Shown here in pieces: positions 50,701 through 64,000 of a stretch of 64,000 nt of DNA. The position numbers and the translations under genes were made by a program. How positions within the stretch are numbered: the stretch's first letter is position 1; each line of letters starts with the position of its first letter. A model generated the notes under the pieces. It saw only the letters and a program-made list of their open reading frames with translations. It did not search any database and was not told where the DNA came from. This DNA comes from Takakia lepidozioides (taxonomy: Eukaryota; Plantae; Bryophyta): contig CM060732.1 in assembly GCA_030704615.1 (NCBI GenBank), positions 23,374,001-23,438,000 on the forward strand. Reading direction: 5' to 3'.

Positions 50701-53700
50701 GGTGCTGGAATGGTTGGGGACAGGTGAGACATTTGGACACAACGGACAAAAGTGAGCTACATAAGTTGCAACTTCTGAAAGACGAGCAAGGTCAGTTCCC
50801 CGCCAGCTCTCTTGCCCAGGTTCTTAAGTGTGCTGCTGCAAATTGTAATTTTTAGGCATTAGGCACCTGATATGGCAGGTTTGATGCAGGAGAATATTTG
50901 CATGTGTGTACCAGTGGGTATAGTCTGATACCAGAATGGCGGATTATTAACCGCACACCAGGTCTACCCAGCAACAAAGTTCATCTTCTGAAGATGGCTA
51001 CTGTATAGAAGTAAGGCAGTTGACTATGTAGAGTATCTGGAAATGTTGCTGGAGAATGTGGTGGAACATTGAACAAATTGGACCTTTGTTTAGGGGAGCT
51101 GTCGAGTGCTGATGAGAAGAAGTATAAGGCACTAAAGAGGGCGACAGAGAGAGAGATTGCACAGAGTGCAGATGTGATCTGCTGCACATGTGTGGGTGCT
51201 GGTGATCCCCGCCTGGCCAACTTTCGGTTCCGTCAGGTTTGCAACAGACATCATTGGAAGGCCTTAAGTGTTTCAGTGTACATGTTCTCTACTGGCTAGG
51301 ATACACAAGTTTGCATCAGTTGGTAGAGTGCCAGTAGCTTGGTATCTTATTTTGTCATGTCAAGGACTTCTAAGAATTCGTATGCTACCTAGATTGGCTC
51401 TCATGAAGTAGCGAATTAAACTGTCTTTACTGTTCATATTTGTGAATTGTATCAATAGTTAGAACAAGTTGCATAAGTTGAGATTTTTACACTTTGGTTG
51501 GCATTTGCAGGTGTTGGTAGATGAGTCAACTCAGGCAACAGAGCCAGAGTGTCTGATCCCTCTAGTTCTGGGTGCCAAGCAGGTATGTCTATTGCAGTCT
51601 TTTGAATATGCTGGAGTGAGTTCAACGCAAAGTTTTACTCACTCGTAAGTGTTGTTTGAACCAGACTGTCAATCCACTAGACCATCTGTCCTTGAGAAGT
51701 ATTAGCTACTACTGATTCTGAGCTTAATAAGCATCTAATCCAGGATCTAAATCTACTGTTGAGGTATTGTTGGCAGGTGGTGTTGGTTGGAGACCACTGT
51801 CAGCTAGGTCCAGTTATTATGTGCAAGAAGGCTGCACGTGCTGGCCTAGCACAATCTTTGTTTGAGCGCCTTGTATTGCTTGGGGTGAAGCCTATCCGTC
51901 TCCAGGTAAGCACCTCTCTTTTTTGTTCTGGACCTTTTTGTCAGCATATTTTGAGATATCAGGCTCGTCTCTTGTCTTCAATTTTGTGTTACTTCCAACT
52001 CATCATAGATAACAGTTGTCAAAACCTGTGAGATGAGCGAGTAAGACATTCCACAGTCATATTTGCTCTGGTGTCATATACACAGTAATAACCTAGCTTC
52101 ATTTCAGTCTTCATTAGAACACCTCCAAACTTTAGGTTTATATTCTTGATGTTTCCACAATCCAGATCTATCCCGCAAGAAAGAAATTAATGAACGACAA
52201 TGAAATAAGGACCTTATCAACCGCCATCATCCTGTGTGTGAGTGGGCAGGTGCAATACAGGATGCATCCATGTCTCTCTGAATTTCCATCCAACAGTTTC
52301 TATGAGGGAACACTGCAAAATGGGGTGACGATGACTGACAGACTCAAGTCACAGATTGATTTTCCTTGGCCTGTTCCAAATAGGCCTATGTTCTTCTATG
52401 TTCAGGTGACCCTCCATAGGTGCAAGGTGTTCATGCTATTCTCTTTGCAATGTATTTGAACTTATCAGTGTACTTTCTTTTGGCCTCCTTGTCTCCCGTA
52501 AGAGTTTTCAATAGGTTTGATTCCTGGCTTCTCTTTTTGTTGTCCAATATCGCTTGGAAGTCTATTATATAGCTCAGGTACTGGGCTTTTCTCACCTTCA
52601 ACAAGGCTCCGTTATTGGTCACCTTCCTTCTCCCTCTGACCCAAGTTTAGTGGTTTATGCAAATAATGTTGTCAATGGTAGAGAGGTGATTGGATTTGCA
52701 TTGTGTGTTGCTAATCAGATGGGGCAAGAGGAGATCAGTGCAAGTGGGACTTCATATCTGAACAGAACAGAAGCTGCGAACGTTGAGAAAATTGTCACAA
52801 CTTTTTTGAGGAGTGGGGTTATTCCAAGCCAGGTATTGATCTTTTCCGCTGTCCTTACAGATTGTTTGGAGGTAGTGCACCACTTTCGCCATCAATATCC
52901 TTCAGCTGTTTTTCGTACCTGCTGGTTCTGTGATGAGGAGTGGGTTTTACCAGCACGTCTAATTTTATCTGCAAGATTTGATCCGTTGGAAACACATATC
53001 TGAGCATGTCCTATGAGCTTGTGGCAGATGCAATTCTGGCATTCTGACTTATATCTGTTGTATTCGGTTGGGTTTAACCTGCCTGACACTGTTTGGTTGT
53101 CCACTGGTCCTCACCTGCTGTTGTCGGATGCTTGTCAATCATCAGCGAGTCTTGTTTTACTGTAACATCTGGATACTTCCTCATTTGTTTGTAATGATAC
53201 AGATTTGATCTATGTTGGTGTAGTTTCCAGTATCATGTGAGCTATACCTTAATTGTGTTGCATGAGTGCAAACTCAGTGACAGTGGAGAGACATCCTTTC
53301 ATCCTCTTGTTGAATTTTGGGAATGTGATCCAGATTGGCGTGATCACTCCATATGAAGGCCAACGTGCTTACATTGTAAACCACATGGCGAGAAATGGTT
53401 CTCTCCGTCAACAGCTTTACAAGGAGATTGAGGTACTACTATGATTATGGGGTTGTTTAGATCTTCCAGTCTGAAAAGGATGAACTGTTGCCAAGGTATG
53501 TGTGCATCAAATCTCTGTTTGTTGTACTCAATATATGCCATTGTTGGCAGGTTGCAAGTGTTGATTCGTTTCAAGGTCGAGAGAAGGACTTCATTATCCT
53601 TTCATGTGTGAGGAGCAATGAGCACCAGGTAAATTTCTTTCTTGTGCCGTGGTTTCTGTAATTTGTGGGTCACCCACTTCTGAAATTTATGTTGCTTTAT

Positions 53701-56700
53701 GTCATATTGTTAGGCTGGTGTTACTTATTTCTCTGGAGCTCTCTGTTTCTTTCAGTGTGAACAGACCTTATGCAGGCCTACACATTGTCAACTAGGGCAG
53801 AATAAAGCTATGTTTTGATGCCCGACTGCATTGTTAGTTATATTTCTCTATCCACTATCTCTTGATTTGGGGACAAGCTGCTTTATATCTTGGGAATGTT
53901 TTCTGGTGTGGAGAGACCGGTGGTGTATTGTGGATCACCAATGTTCAGATCTTTCCCATAGGGCAACTGGGTTCCCAAATCTCCCTGAAGGACTCCAAAG
54001 CCCCACACATTTGGTTATCAGTTGATCCAGTGACCCAACTGCATGAAATCCAATATACAACTATGTGGCTTTTTTTAAGGCTGCTTTGTGCCCTAACCAC
54101 TGGGCTATCTGTTGGATACTTCTATTTGTAGACGCTCAGACTTGCTTGCTAATTATTTTATTAGTTTTGTCAATCATGTGCAGGGCATTGGTTTCCTGAA
54201 TGATCCGCGGAGACTGAACGTTGCCTTGACACGTGCTCGCTTTGGAATTGTAATACTGGGCAACCCAAAGGTGCTCAGCAAGCAGCCTCTTTGGAATAGC
54301 TTGCTGACACATTACAAGGTGGGCAACATCCACCTTCTCTGTTTCTATGATCATACAGAGTGCACGCTTGTGTTTTTGGTCTAACAAACTTTGTTGGTGA
54401 AATTCAGGAACATGAGGTGTTGGTGGAGGGGCCCCTGGCCAATCTCAAGCAGAGCATGGTGCAATTTCAGAAGCCCAAAAAGGTTTTTCTCATCATAATT
54501 TCTTGGGTTAATGTATGCTTCTGTTCAAACGTCAAACCTGGCTGTAAAATGGTCTGGATAATGCAAGGAAAGCCTTTCGTTTTTACCTTGGTGTTAGGTT
54601 CTTAAGAGAATCAGTATGGTTCTTAGCAGTTCTGTTGTTACAGTCGTGAGTATCAATGTCTAACAAACATATCTTGGCTCCAACATGGCATAGCTACCAA
54701 TGTTACTCCTTGTAGGTCACTGTTTCGGAAGGGCCACTTTTTGCACCAGTGCTGATCAAGTCAAGACAGTCACCTTAGGTTCCTTGACGTGTGATTCTTG
54801 CACTTTGGTTCTGTCTCTGGACTCGAGTCTCAGCCGTTACAAGGTAAGTGCCCAGAAGCTCTAGTGTATTGAGGTGTTTCTGATTGATCTTTCAAATCAG
54901 GTGTACAATGATCGCCGTGTATACCCAGGAGGAGGGGGGCCCGCCTTGGGTCCTGGAGATGGATTTGTGCCAGCACTTACTGCAAGTGCAGCAGCAGGGG
55001 CAGCACCCCATGACCGTCGAAGTGGGCGTGGCCGTTCTGTTGATGGGCGAAGTGGTTTGTGTAACATTGCTTGTCTAATGTTGTTTGGTTTGCAAACTCC
55101 CCAAGCTCTCTTTTATTTTTTTCGCTTTGTTGGTAAGGAAAAGCAAACACTGAACAAAATCTTGTCTCTTTATCTCGCCTACCCCCCTTTCTGCCCTGGC
55201 AGGTGGTAGTGTCTGCTGATATGTCAGTATGTCTATGTCATTTGGACTCCTATATCCATGGTTCCATAATCTGCAGGTGGCGGGTATATGCCATTTGGTC
55301 CATTATCAAATGGGGGAGGGCACAAGTCAGGCCTCGCCCATCATGGGGGCCTAGCACCAGCACGAATCCCACATCCAGCATTCCCGGCTGCTCCTCACAC
55401 TCAGCCCTACGCCATTCCTTCCCGTGGAGGTATGCATGGTCCAATTGGGGGTGTCCCACAAGGTCCTCAGACTGGCAGCAGGGGATTTGGTGCGGGTCGC
55501 GGCAGTACTGGTGGCCCCATTGGAGGCCATTTGTCACATCACCATGGATCCCAGCAGCATGGAAGCCTCATAGCCGGTTTTGGTTTTGATGCGCTTGATA
55601 ATCCAGCCACTCAACCGTCTGTCGGGGGGCCACTATCACAGCAAGGATTAATGACACAGGTATTCATCCATGGTCTACTTTGTTTGTTGTTGGAAGCAGG
55701 TTAGAGTTGATGCAAGAGATGGATGTTGTTGCATCTATCGCAGCGCTGTTAACCCTTTCATTTCATTTTTTTCCATGGGGCAGATGCCTACACAAGGACT
55801 GAGCCAGAATCTGCGAGATGGACTTTCACTTGGTGGCATGTCTCAGGTATTTGTCTGTGGTTAACAGAGAGGGAGCATAGACTGTCACTTTTCAACTAGA
55901 AAGTTTTATGTGCTTAGCTTCCTACAATCACTTCAATCCTCTCCAATCCCAGTAACCTGGCCAGGATGGTAGTAGAGAACATGTGAGAAAGAAAGAGATA
56001 GGGTTGTCAGGTTGAAAAGAGAATTTCACAATCATTGCTTCAGCATCTTATGGCAGTAGACTGTGCTGCTGTTACAGTGTCATTCAAACAAGTTTCTTTC
56101 ACACATGCAATGTAGGTAATGGGAGATGTGAACTGTAACATGGCAGTGTTGTGTGTTATCCCATATGTTCTGTAACAATTTTGTTTCTTGCCTCTTCTCA
56201 GGATTTTTTGGGTGAAGACTTCAAATCACAAAGCTCACATGTGGCATACTCAGGCGTGGAGTTTTCTACGCAGGTCTTAAATTGATCCCTTCAAACATTC
56301 TTCACTTTGTGGTATGAAGCTGTTGAAAAATAGTTTCCCATGTTACAATCATCTTCCTAGATGGAGTTACAGTGCACAAAAAGTCGTGTGATGGTTGACT
56401 GCATTTTCACAGGCATCACAGGGGGCCTATGGAGTAGACTATGTGACCCAAGGAAGCCAAGGTGCTTTCACGAGTGACTTCATCAACCAAAACTCCCAAA
56501 ATGGTTACCCACACCTTTCTGGCGGGAATGAGTTTATCTCACAGGTAAAAATGTGATATAAGCTTCTGTGTGTTCATTTTCTGTCAGAACAGTTTCATAT
56601 ACTCTTGAACAAGCAAACTTCTTGTGGATGACTTGGTACATACTTCACAGGGCTTGTTTACACAGGTGGGCTTTGGTGAACGGACCCAGGACGGTCCTTC

Positions 56701-57189
56701 GACACAGTCCCAGTATGGCCTTGGAGGTCCGCTTCAATCTCAGGTAGGCAGAAATCTGGAACCCGTGATTGACCATCCTGTAAGCCTGAAGTAAACAGAA
56801 AGTGAGAGAGACATGCAAGGCCTCTTTGGATGAAGTTGGCAGCACTTGAACAGTAACCTCTCTTGCACACATACACACCATGTGAAGCAGTGCTCTTTTC
56901 CTTCACATTCTGTGAGCTTACTGAATAATTTGTGTTTGGGCAGAGTGCTTTGAAGGTGATTGAAAGTCACTGCTGGAGTGGATAGCTCTTTTGTGACTTC
57001 CCACTCATCCCTTTTATGATGAGGTGGACACTATAGATGATGCCTAATCACAAGAATATTGTTACCTTGTGGCAGGGAATAATGGGCCCGATGTATTCGC
57101 AACCATTCACACAGTACACTCAAGCCCTTCCCTCGCAACAGCACCAGCAGCAAGCAACACAGCACCAGCGCCACCACTACAATGGCTAA
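38767..57189 (+). CDS. UPF1: Regulator of nonsense transcripts 1 (UPF1), SF1 RNA helicase, ~29 coding exons
   Basis: CH domain [17 protein letters not shown]...WFCN and LECYNCG; QGPPGTGKT (48685), DESTQ (51520), [33 protein letters not shown] and [10 protein letters not shown]; SQ-rich C-terminus ending HHYNG* (57187-57189). GT-AG introns. Confidence 0.97.
41847..43931 (-). mobile_element. 5'-truncated LINE (family 2, RTEX-like) in UPF1 intron 4
   Basis: [36 protein letters not shown], and [16 protein letters not shown]...REDRLCPAC...EIHFFYCP; ends in an (ATTTC)n tail. Confidence 0.9.
44710..45090 (-). repeat. Stack of family 1 LINE 3'-tail copies separated by (GA)n
   Basis: The ~65-bp unit tactcataagatgttgtttgccgtagccttgtggccatagacccc occurs at 44761, 44861 and 45019, each after a GA run. 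Other copies at 14807, 35341, 41278, 41357, 45417 and 47161 (+). Confidence 0.85.
45019..46300 (-). mobile_element. Family 1 LINE remnants in UPF1 intron 4
   Basis: [16 protein letters not shown]...FFLDVEKA and LMLADDF; homologous to 32850-34350; 3' tail at 45019-45090 and a second tail at ~45417. Confidence 0.85.
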
Positions 57190-60070
57190 CCCTAAAACGT
57201 GGGTGGGGATTACATGGTTCCCATGGTACCCGCAAGCGAGAGATAGAAGGACTTTTGTGAACAAGCATGTTTTGGCTTGGCTTGGCTGTCTCTGTCTTGG
57301 AGACATTGTTTGTCGGAGAGAAGACGTAAGCACACACGCACAGGAAACATAAGAACCATATATGGGTCTGAAGGTGGTCGGTCACCTCCCTTCCGGAGTG
57401 TTCACTCCAAAACTTTGGTGTCAAACACTTTCACAGTGGGACAGGCGAGCCAGCGTTTGGAAATATTAAAGCACTATGCAAGAAAGTGGTGAGGTTGGAG
57501 ACGGGATGGAGTGGTACGTTGAGAACCCTAATGTTGAGGATGGTTTGGAGCAAGTGTACGCGGAGAGCAGTAGGCATTTGTTACATGTGTGAAGATCTGG
57601 CCAAGAAGCACTCGCGCAGTGTTGTATCCTTAGGCCACTATGGTCATCTCTGTGGAGCACATACATAGCAGTAAAAGACGACTATTATTGGACTGCATCT
57701 GCAGAGTTGACAGGCATTCCCAGGACCAAAGACTGCTCACAACAGTGGCGGCTATATGTCAGTCACGGAAGATTTTATTCAGGCCTGGCCACGTTGTCTT
57801 CCACCAGAATATCGACAAAACTGCAGTCCATGGTGGTCTCTCCTTGGGGCACTTCCCACTTCTCTTTTAGGTGAAGATCTTTCAATGCAAAGCTGGACAA
57901 TCTTGGTGAACCTGTTCGAGTCACACTTCTTTCACAGGGTAGAAAAAGGAACTACCTGCTTTATAACTACTGGCATTGGCCTTGTGCAAGTTTCTGCAGG
58001 CTGTGGTCAATGATGCCGATTCTCATGCTGAGAACTGGAATTGGCTCAAGGTTCTGAAGAGAATGCACAAGAGTGTCCAAGCTTTGTAGCTTTGCTTTCC
58101 TCTTTCACAGGACCAGACTGACACGGGGAAGGGAAAAGCAGAGATTGAAATACGACAATAGAACAATGCTTGGCTTTTTCCTTGGTTGTAGTTTTATTCC
58201 GGGTGTCCAATGGGTTATGTTGGTGGGAGTACACCTAGCATGCTCTAGAAAGGCTATCACAGTGCAGTTGCCAGAGGAACACTGGGCCTTTGAAGCATCA
58301 ACCGGTCTCTCTGCAAAGTTAATTAATAGCCAAGGAGTGTTTGTTTCAAATTGTTCATTTAGACCCCAGATTGACATCCTATATCGGGATATACCAGAAA
58401 GTATTCCAGTGCGGCTACCCAAATATTCATACTTCGACATACTTGAGACTACTTACTGTAAAGCAGGGCTAGTAAGGGCTTGTTAGTAGCTTGTTCTGGA
58501 GTTACAAGAATTAAGTCTGACATTTCACGGGCACAGACCCCACATTCCATGCAAACTGCAAATTTGAGTGAAGCCCATGGTTTTGTAAGTCCTTAAGTTA
58601 AAGGTGTGTGTGCCAACTTTGATAGAACCTATCCAAGATCCACATGGCAGAAGGGATCTGCATGGGTAGAAGCATCAACCAACCATAATTTTCCTTGAAT
58701 TTGGGGTGAACATACCTGCTAGGACCCAAAAGGTGATGGTGAGCTATGTCTTGCCCAACCATGTATGGAGCTCTAGTGGACTCCAGCTAGTTCGCGGGCT
58801 AAAATTTGCAGCGACAATTAAAACCTCTCCCCTGCTGTTAAATCTTATTCACCTACTCCCCTTCCCTTAACAAATCAGGCCTCACCTAAAGGCTAACACA
58901 TGTTGAGCAAAAAAGAATTGGTGTTCCTTGTCTGAAAAGCTGGTGCCTAGTAACAAACACCCACTAGTATAGTAATTAATAATTTCAAATATTACATGCT
59001 AGTGAGTGTAAGCGCACTACCGATGGATGCCCAGATATGTCCGGTCCTATCAACCCCACTCATCTCATCACTCTCATCAAAGTGATGCAGTGAGGTTGCC
59101 CAGCATTTGCAGGGGAGGGAGCAACTGACATCCAACTTCATCAAACAGTTGGATATAACCAAATAAGCCCAAACAGAAGTGGCGAAAAATCAGATCACAG
59201 AAAGGAGAAATCTTCCCATCTAAATCTGTTGCAACCCAATTTGTATTATTACCAGATTGGAGGGTGGAACATTTTTCAAAGGGTGATGAATAGCCACACA
59301 AGCCAACTGGCACCCATGCTCAGAACATGAACAGGAGACAAAATAGGATCAAGAGAATCAGAAAGAGAAAGTAATGGGGATGTTCTCTTTACTTAAGGAT
59401 AGTAAAGATAACAAGTCTAATCCTTATTTCCTTCGTTTAATTTGAAGTCAAAAGTTCCATGCTCTGCTGACAATCCTCCTGAAGATCTAAAGATTATTTG
59501 ACAAGAAATAACCTAGAAACTCAATATGCATCATCTATAAGGGTTGACTGAAGAATAAAAGACGGCATGATATGGACCAGCCAACAGAGAAATTGCCACT
59601 TGGTGCGGCTTGCTGTGGAGTGGGTCATTGCCAATCCCAATGGGATTGTCGCCAGGACTATTGGGCGTAGGGGTCAAGTTCAACAAAGACAGCAGCACAG
59701 TTACTTAATGTGCAATCTTTGCCCCGCTAAAGAGCCTCCCCAACCCCTGACTAAAGGTAGAAACACAATCCGCGCGAGTAGAGATGCTATCACAGTGAGG
59801 TGATACCAAACAATCTACAGAATCAATGTCAATGGTACTCAGACCATCATCCTCAGTCCTCAACAACGCTAGCTCAAACATGGACACTCTCTTTGTAATG
59901 CATCAAATCATAATGTCTTGGAGCCCCATCTTGTCCTACTGATCTACCCATTGGTTCACATCTCAGCTACTAAATCAAAAATCTAGGCCTGGCAACAGCA
60001 GTTGTAACATCACCAGTACCATTTTTGCTGCCTCCTGCACATGGTCACAATATGACTCTCTCAAAAGACC

Positions 60071-60961
60071 TCACTGCTGCTGCTGCTGCTGCTGAGGTGG
60101 GCCCATACCAGGCCGAGGGCCGCCATACATCCCAGGGGGCGGAGGTCTAGGACCACCCGGACCTCCCATTCCAGGGGGCATACCTGGGCGAGGATGGCCT
60201 CCCATTCCAGGATGAGGACCTCGCATCATCTGTGGTGGACCTACAGGCCTCTGTCCGTAAGGAGGAGGAGGCATTCCACCCATCTGAGATGGGGGTGGTC
60301 CCATTCCAGGTCTGGGGGCTCCATACTGGGGTGGAGGGCCGCCAGGCTGCCCAACCATCATTTGGCCAGGCCCAGGAGGCCGCATACCAGGTCCACCACC
60401 TGGAGCTTGCATTGGCCGAGGAAAAACGCCAGGAGGACCAGGAGGGCGAACTCCAGGAATGGGACCTGGTGCTGGGGCACTGTAGGTCACTGGACCAGAT
60501 GAAACCTGGGCAACTGGGGGCCTTGATAACTGCGGCTGCATCATCCCAGGGGCAGGGCCCCCAACTCCTCTCGCTGGACCAGACAGTCCAGGTTGCGCCT
60601 GACCAAGAGGGGCAGTGGGGATTCCTCGTCCTCCAACCCGCCCAATTCCTGGCCCTCCTTGAGCCACTGCTGTTGCCTTTGCCCGTGATTCTTCTTGGGG
60701 TGGTGGTCCTTCAATGGTCATAGAGATTACCTCTTCTCCGCGCAGCAACATCAGCCCTAGAGTTCGTCTCTCCTCCTTTTCCTCCTGGGGCTTCCCCTTC
60801 TTGGGTGGCACACGTCGGAATTCCTCGCAATCACCTAGCACCAGATTCATATGCCGATCGAATGCCATGAACTTGCCAACCAGCTGCCGACCATCCTGTA
60901 TCGTCACCCGCATTCTGTAATTTATGTAGAGCAGCATCTTGGACGTCTTGGACATCGACAT
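60071..60961 (-). CDS. SmB: Small nuclear ribonucleoprotein-associated protein B (SmB), 296 aa, intronless CDS
   Basis: Sm fold MSMSKTSKMLLYINYRMRVTIQDGRQLVGKFMAFDRHMNLVLGDCEEFR...LGLMLLRGEEVISMTIEGPPP plus a Pro/Gly/Met-rich tail. Confidence 0.96.
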   Translation of the reverse strand: MSMSKTSKMLLYINYRMRVTIQDGRQLVGKFMAFDRHMNLVLGDCEEFRRVPPKKGKPQEEKEERRTLGLMLLRGEEVISMTIEGPPPQEESRAKATAVAQGGPGIGRVGGRGIPTAPLGQAQPGLSGPARGVGGPAPGMMQPQLSRPPVAQVSSGPVTYSAPAPGPIPGVRPPGPPGVFPRPMQAPGGGPGMRPPGPGQMMVGQPGGPPPQYGAPRPGMGPPPSQMGGMPPPPYGQRPVGPPQMMRGPHPGMGGHPRPGMPPGMGGPGGPRPPPPGMYGGPRPGMGPPQQQQQQQ

Positions 60962-62365
60962 CTTGCCTGCCCTTCCCTCCCACACACAAACAAACAAACA
61001 AACAAACAGGAAAGCTTTCCCCACACACACCCAACAAAGCACTGCGCGCGCTCCTCTTAGGTCTGGTCTCTGTAGGTTCGGCTCTGGTGCGGTGTTGGGC
61101 TCGTGAACTCTTCCGAGGCTAGGGAGCTGTGAGGCTCGGATCAGATATATACTCTCTCTCTCTCTCTCTTTTCTTGGGCTCAGAAATCGTTGCCGTCGAA
61201 ACAAGTGATAAATTTTCCTTCGCTGGCCAGTGGAAGGGTAGACCTTGAACCTGCTCTTGAGACAATCAGAGCCTGTGAATGATAGAGAGACAGCAAAACG
61301 TTGGAGAAATGATCATGATGGATTGGGATGTGGTCCCTCCCGATGCAGAGGTGATACACCAGATGCAGTCCAGGTACGAGTGTAGATGGTGGAGACATGG
61401 AAAGAAGTGAGAGGCGACTCCTTCATCAATTTTCGGTGTCATCGTTCGTTTCCAGTCTTTGGGATCAGAGGAGAGAGAAGCCGAGGCGTTTCCTATTCCA
61501 AAGCAATTCAACAATGACAACAATCTCATACAGGCACTGACAAACCCAGGTGTCTCTGGGTGGCCACACACCGTATGCTGCTTTGGCCACATTCTTTTTG
61601 CTTCACTTAGTTACTACCAATGCAAACATGGATGCCCAGTGCACACCCGCGCAAATCTGCCCTTTTCACGATAGAAGCAGTGCCGGCAACAATTGTGAGC
61701 ATGTCATTAGATCACAGTGTGCGATGATGAAAGTTCAGATACACTTCACAGTGATTCAAGTTGTGCACCATCCCTAATGGCAATGGCTATGCTTCTCCGT
61801 AGACGAGGTAATTCCTCATCACTCCTTTCCCCTTTCCTCTTTCCAATAAAATACAAGTTATACTGACACCATTTTAAGGTTTACTATGTAGGCTGAATGC
61901 ACTCAATATCATCCAATTCGGTGTCGTAGGGCATCCATGTTCCAGCCCTCTGCATTTGCAATGCAACTTAGCCAATACTGTCCACAGAGCAAACCACTCA
62001 AGGACAGTAGTCTCTACCATCCCATCCATGGATCTGTGCAAAAGTTGCAACACCACTCTGGTGTAACTTTTCAACCCACACCAGAGATATCAAGCATACC
62101 GTTTACCTTCTTTATCTCCCTTTGGTATTCAATATGAAGAAGTTATTATCAATATCATCATCATCTCTCACTGACTTGCTCCTTGAACTGTTAATGAAAT
62201 AGAGCCTGGTTCTACCCCTCAAGGAACTAGCAAGGCAAGACTGAGAGTCAGCCTTACCATGGATAGCTAGTGGTGGCTACATACATACAGCAGACCCCCC
62301 AACATAGTGGACCAAAAGAATAGGCAATTGATCCAAATATGACCAAAATTCAAAGATGTGTTAAA

Positions 62366-63814
62366 TCAATGAGAGGGCGGCCCAGTCCCGTTCATCAAGG
62401 TGGTGCTATTTTCCAACTGCTTTTGCAAGTTCCGGAGCTCTCGCCGCAGCTGTAATACCTCAGCAGAGACGTCGGTTGCCTTTAGCTCTTGTTTTAGCTT
62501 CTTAACCTCCTGTTCCAGTGACATCACTCGCCTCTCTTGTTCGTTAAGAGTCAATAGCACATCACCATTGTCAACGGCCTCAGCCCTGTTGGCAAGTGAC
62601 AACGCCTGCAAAACCAGAACCTACATCCTTAGAATATTGATGAGAAAAACAGGAACAATGATAGCTGGAGCAAGTATGTTTCCTCCTGACCAGTTAGGTC
62701 ACTAACTCCTGAAAGGAGCTGGTAATAGCCACTAACACAAGGAGAGCAAGTTGGTTGCTCCATTCTCCACTTTAAGGACTGAAAAGGCCCTGGGTGACCA
62801 AAAGGCAAGATTATCCCTGAAATCTAGATGGACAGCATAACATAACCTTGCCCATAGGGGATGCCCGGGACCATTTACAGTCTGGCTATGATGCACTACA
62901 AACCAACTGGGTGGACAGATCAACAGCAGCAGCACTTAGATGCAAGGTGCTCCTAGAGCTACAAGAAAACCACATTCCTCCCTTCTAACTTATTCCATGG
63001 AGGGATCTGTCCCCTAAAGGGAAATGACCAAGACAGAAGTGGTGAACCTTTTCAAGAAGCACAATACGCTGGCTTTGGTTTCCCACTGAAATTTCGTGCT
63101 TTTGCACAGACTGGAGAACCTGTAGCAAATGCTGCCCCATAAACTCAACACAATGTTGCTCCAACACACCCTGCCGCCATACAGCCACCATAGCCCCCCT
63201 TAAAATCAACCCTCTGCAATAAGAGTTCACCCTAAAACTCATGATAATCCATTCTTAAAAGCAAATATGGATCCTGCACAAAATGTTAGGAATCTCCCCT
63301 ACACATTCAGTCTCAAAATATAATGTCTTTCCCCGCTTTCCTTTCCTGTACCATCCAAGAACCTCATGCGTACAGAGGGCCACCACAAGCGCCATGTGGT
63401 GGGAAAACAAATACGCACGCTCTTTGTCACATGGCTAAAACTCTCCCTACTAAAGCATAGCACACTCAACAAGCTACCCACCTGTGGCATTGTATACAGG
63501 CACCCAACTTGCTGGAACGGGCAATTCACCGATTTCATTGGGCACACAGTAAGACAGTGTTTGTCCATCTCGCCCCGTGCCACCATAGCCCCACATTGTT
63601 GTTTGCATGAAAGCAGCTTGAAGTGGCAGGATGCATCATGGGCAGTCGCATGCAGTGCTGAAAAGACATGACCACAGTTCTCATTTTTGCAAGTCACTGG
63701 CCTTAACAAGCACCTCATCTTGTGCTCAGCAAATTCCTCGTTGTTATCAAATTTCATCTCACAGTGATGGATTTTGCTGCGATCAACTCGTTTGAGCAAT
63801 GCCTTGGCCAGCAC
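62366..63814 (-). CDS. TRAF-type zinc finger / coiled-coil protein, last three exons (5' end upstream)
   Basis: Exons ~63482-63814 (C..RPVTCKNENC...HDASC.FKLLSCKQQC...HCLTVCPMKSVNCPF..VGC), ~63047-63171 and 62366-~62605 (coiled coil, stop), with AG/GT boundaries. Confidence 0.85.
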
Positions 63815-64000
63815 CTAAGAGCCACCAAAACAAGAAAATAAACATGGGAAGAGATGGAACCGAATTGGCTTGCATGTGCTAGAGGCAGAAAAAGGTCAAG
63901 TCAATCATTATCAGCTTCACAATGAACTCACACAAATATTCTGGTGCACCCTTGCAGATATATAGTACGACACAAAGGAACATGCAATCACCCTCATTCA

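Noticed and set aside
57190-60070. Short ORFs between UPF1 and SmB, and antisense ORFs over genes and LTRs
   Set aside because: No recognisable domains or exon structure; consistent with chance ORFs.
38767-60961. UPF1 and SmB as a functional RNA-processing gene cluster
   Set aside because: Adjacency of two housekeeping genes is not evidence without synteny or co-regulation data.
60962-61204. 81-aa N-terminal extension of the SmB ORF in the ORF track
   Set aside because: It has a non-ATG start and runs through CT and CAAA microsatellites typical of a 5' UTR. The conserved start is MSMSK at 60961.

Overview
This is eukaryotic nuclear DNA from a streptophyte, probably a non-seed plant. Bases 1-23089 are one nested, decayed transposon complex. 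A minus-strand Ty3/gypsy element A, with a dUTPase-like domain between protease and RT, contains a second Ty3/gypsy element B. B has 940-bp LTRs and an in-frame extension of about 1,400 codons after integrase. B in turn contains a non-autonomous CACTA element. The nest was scrambled by a nearly lossless three-breakpoint rearrangement: about 9 kb (~1984-10954) now sits inverted and about 1.4 kb left of its original place. The original order can be rebuilt from the split LTR, the CACTA TIRs with their GAA TSD, and a restored reading frame. From ~23.1 kb to the end the window is gene-dense: a tRNA-derived SINE, an ASG2/WDTC1-type WD40-TPR DCAF gene (minus) head-to-head with UPF1 (plus), SmB (minus) and the 3' part of a TRAF-zinc-finger gene (minus). 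Introns hold remnants of two RTEX-like LINE families, including many short 3'-tail copies. All family calls come from motif recognition by eye; no searches were run.
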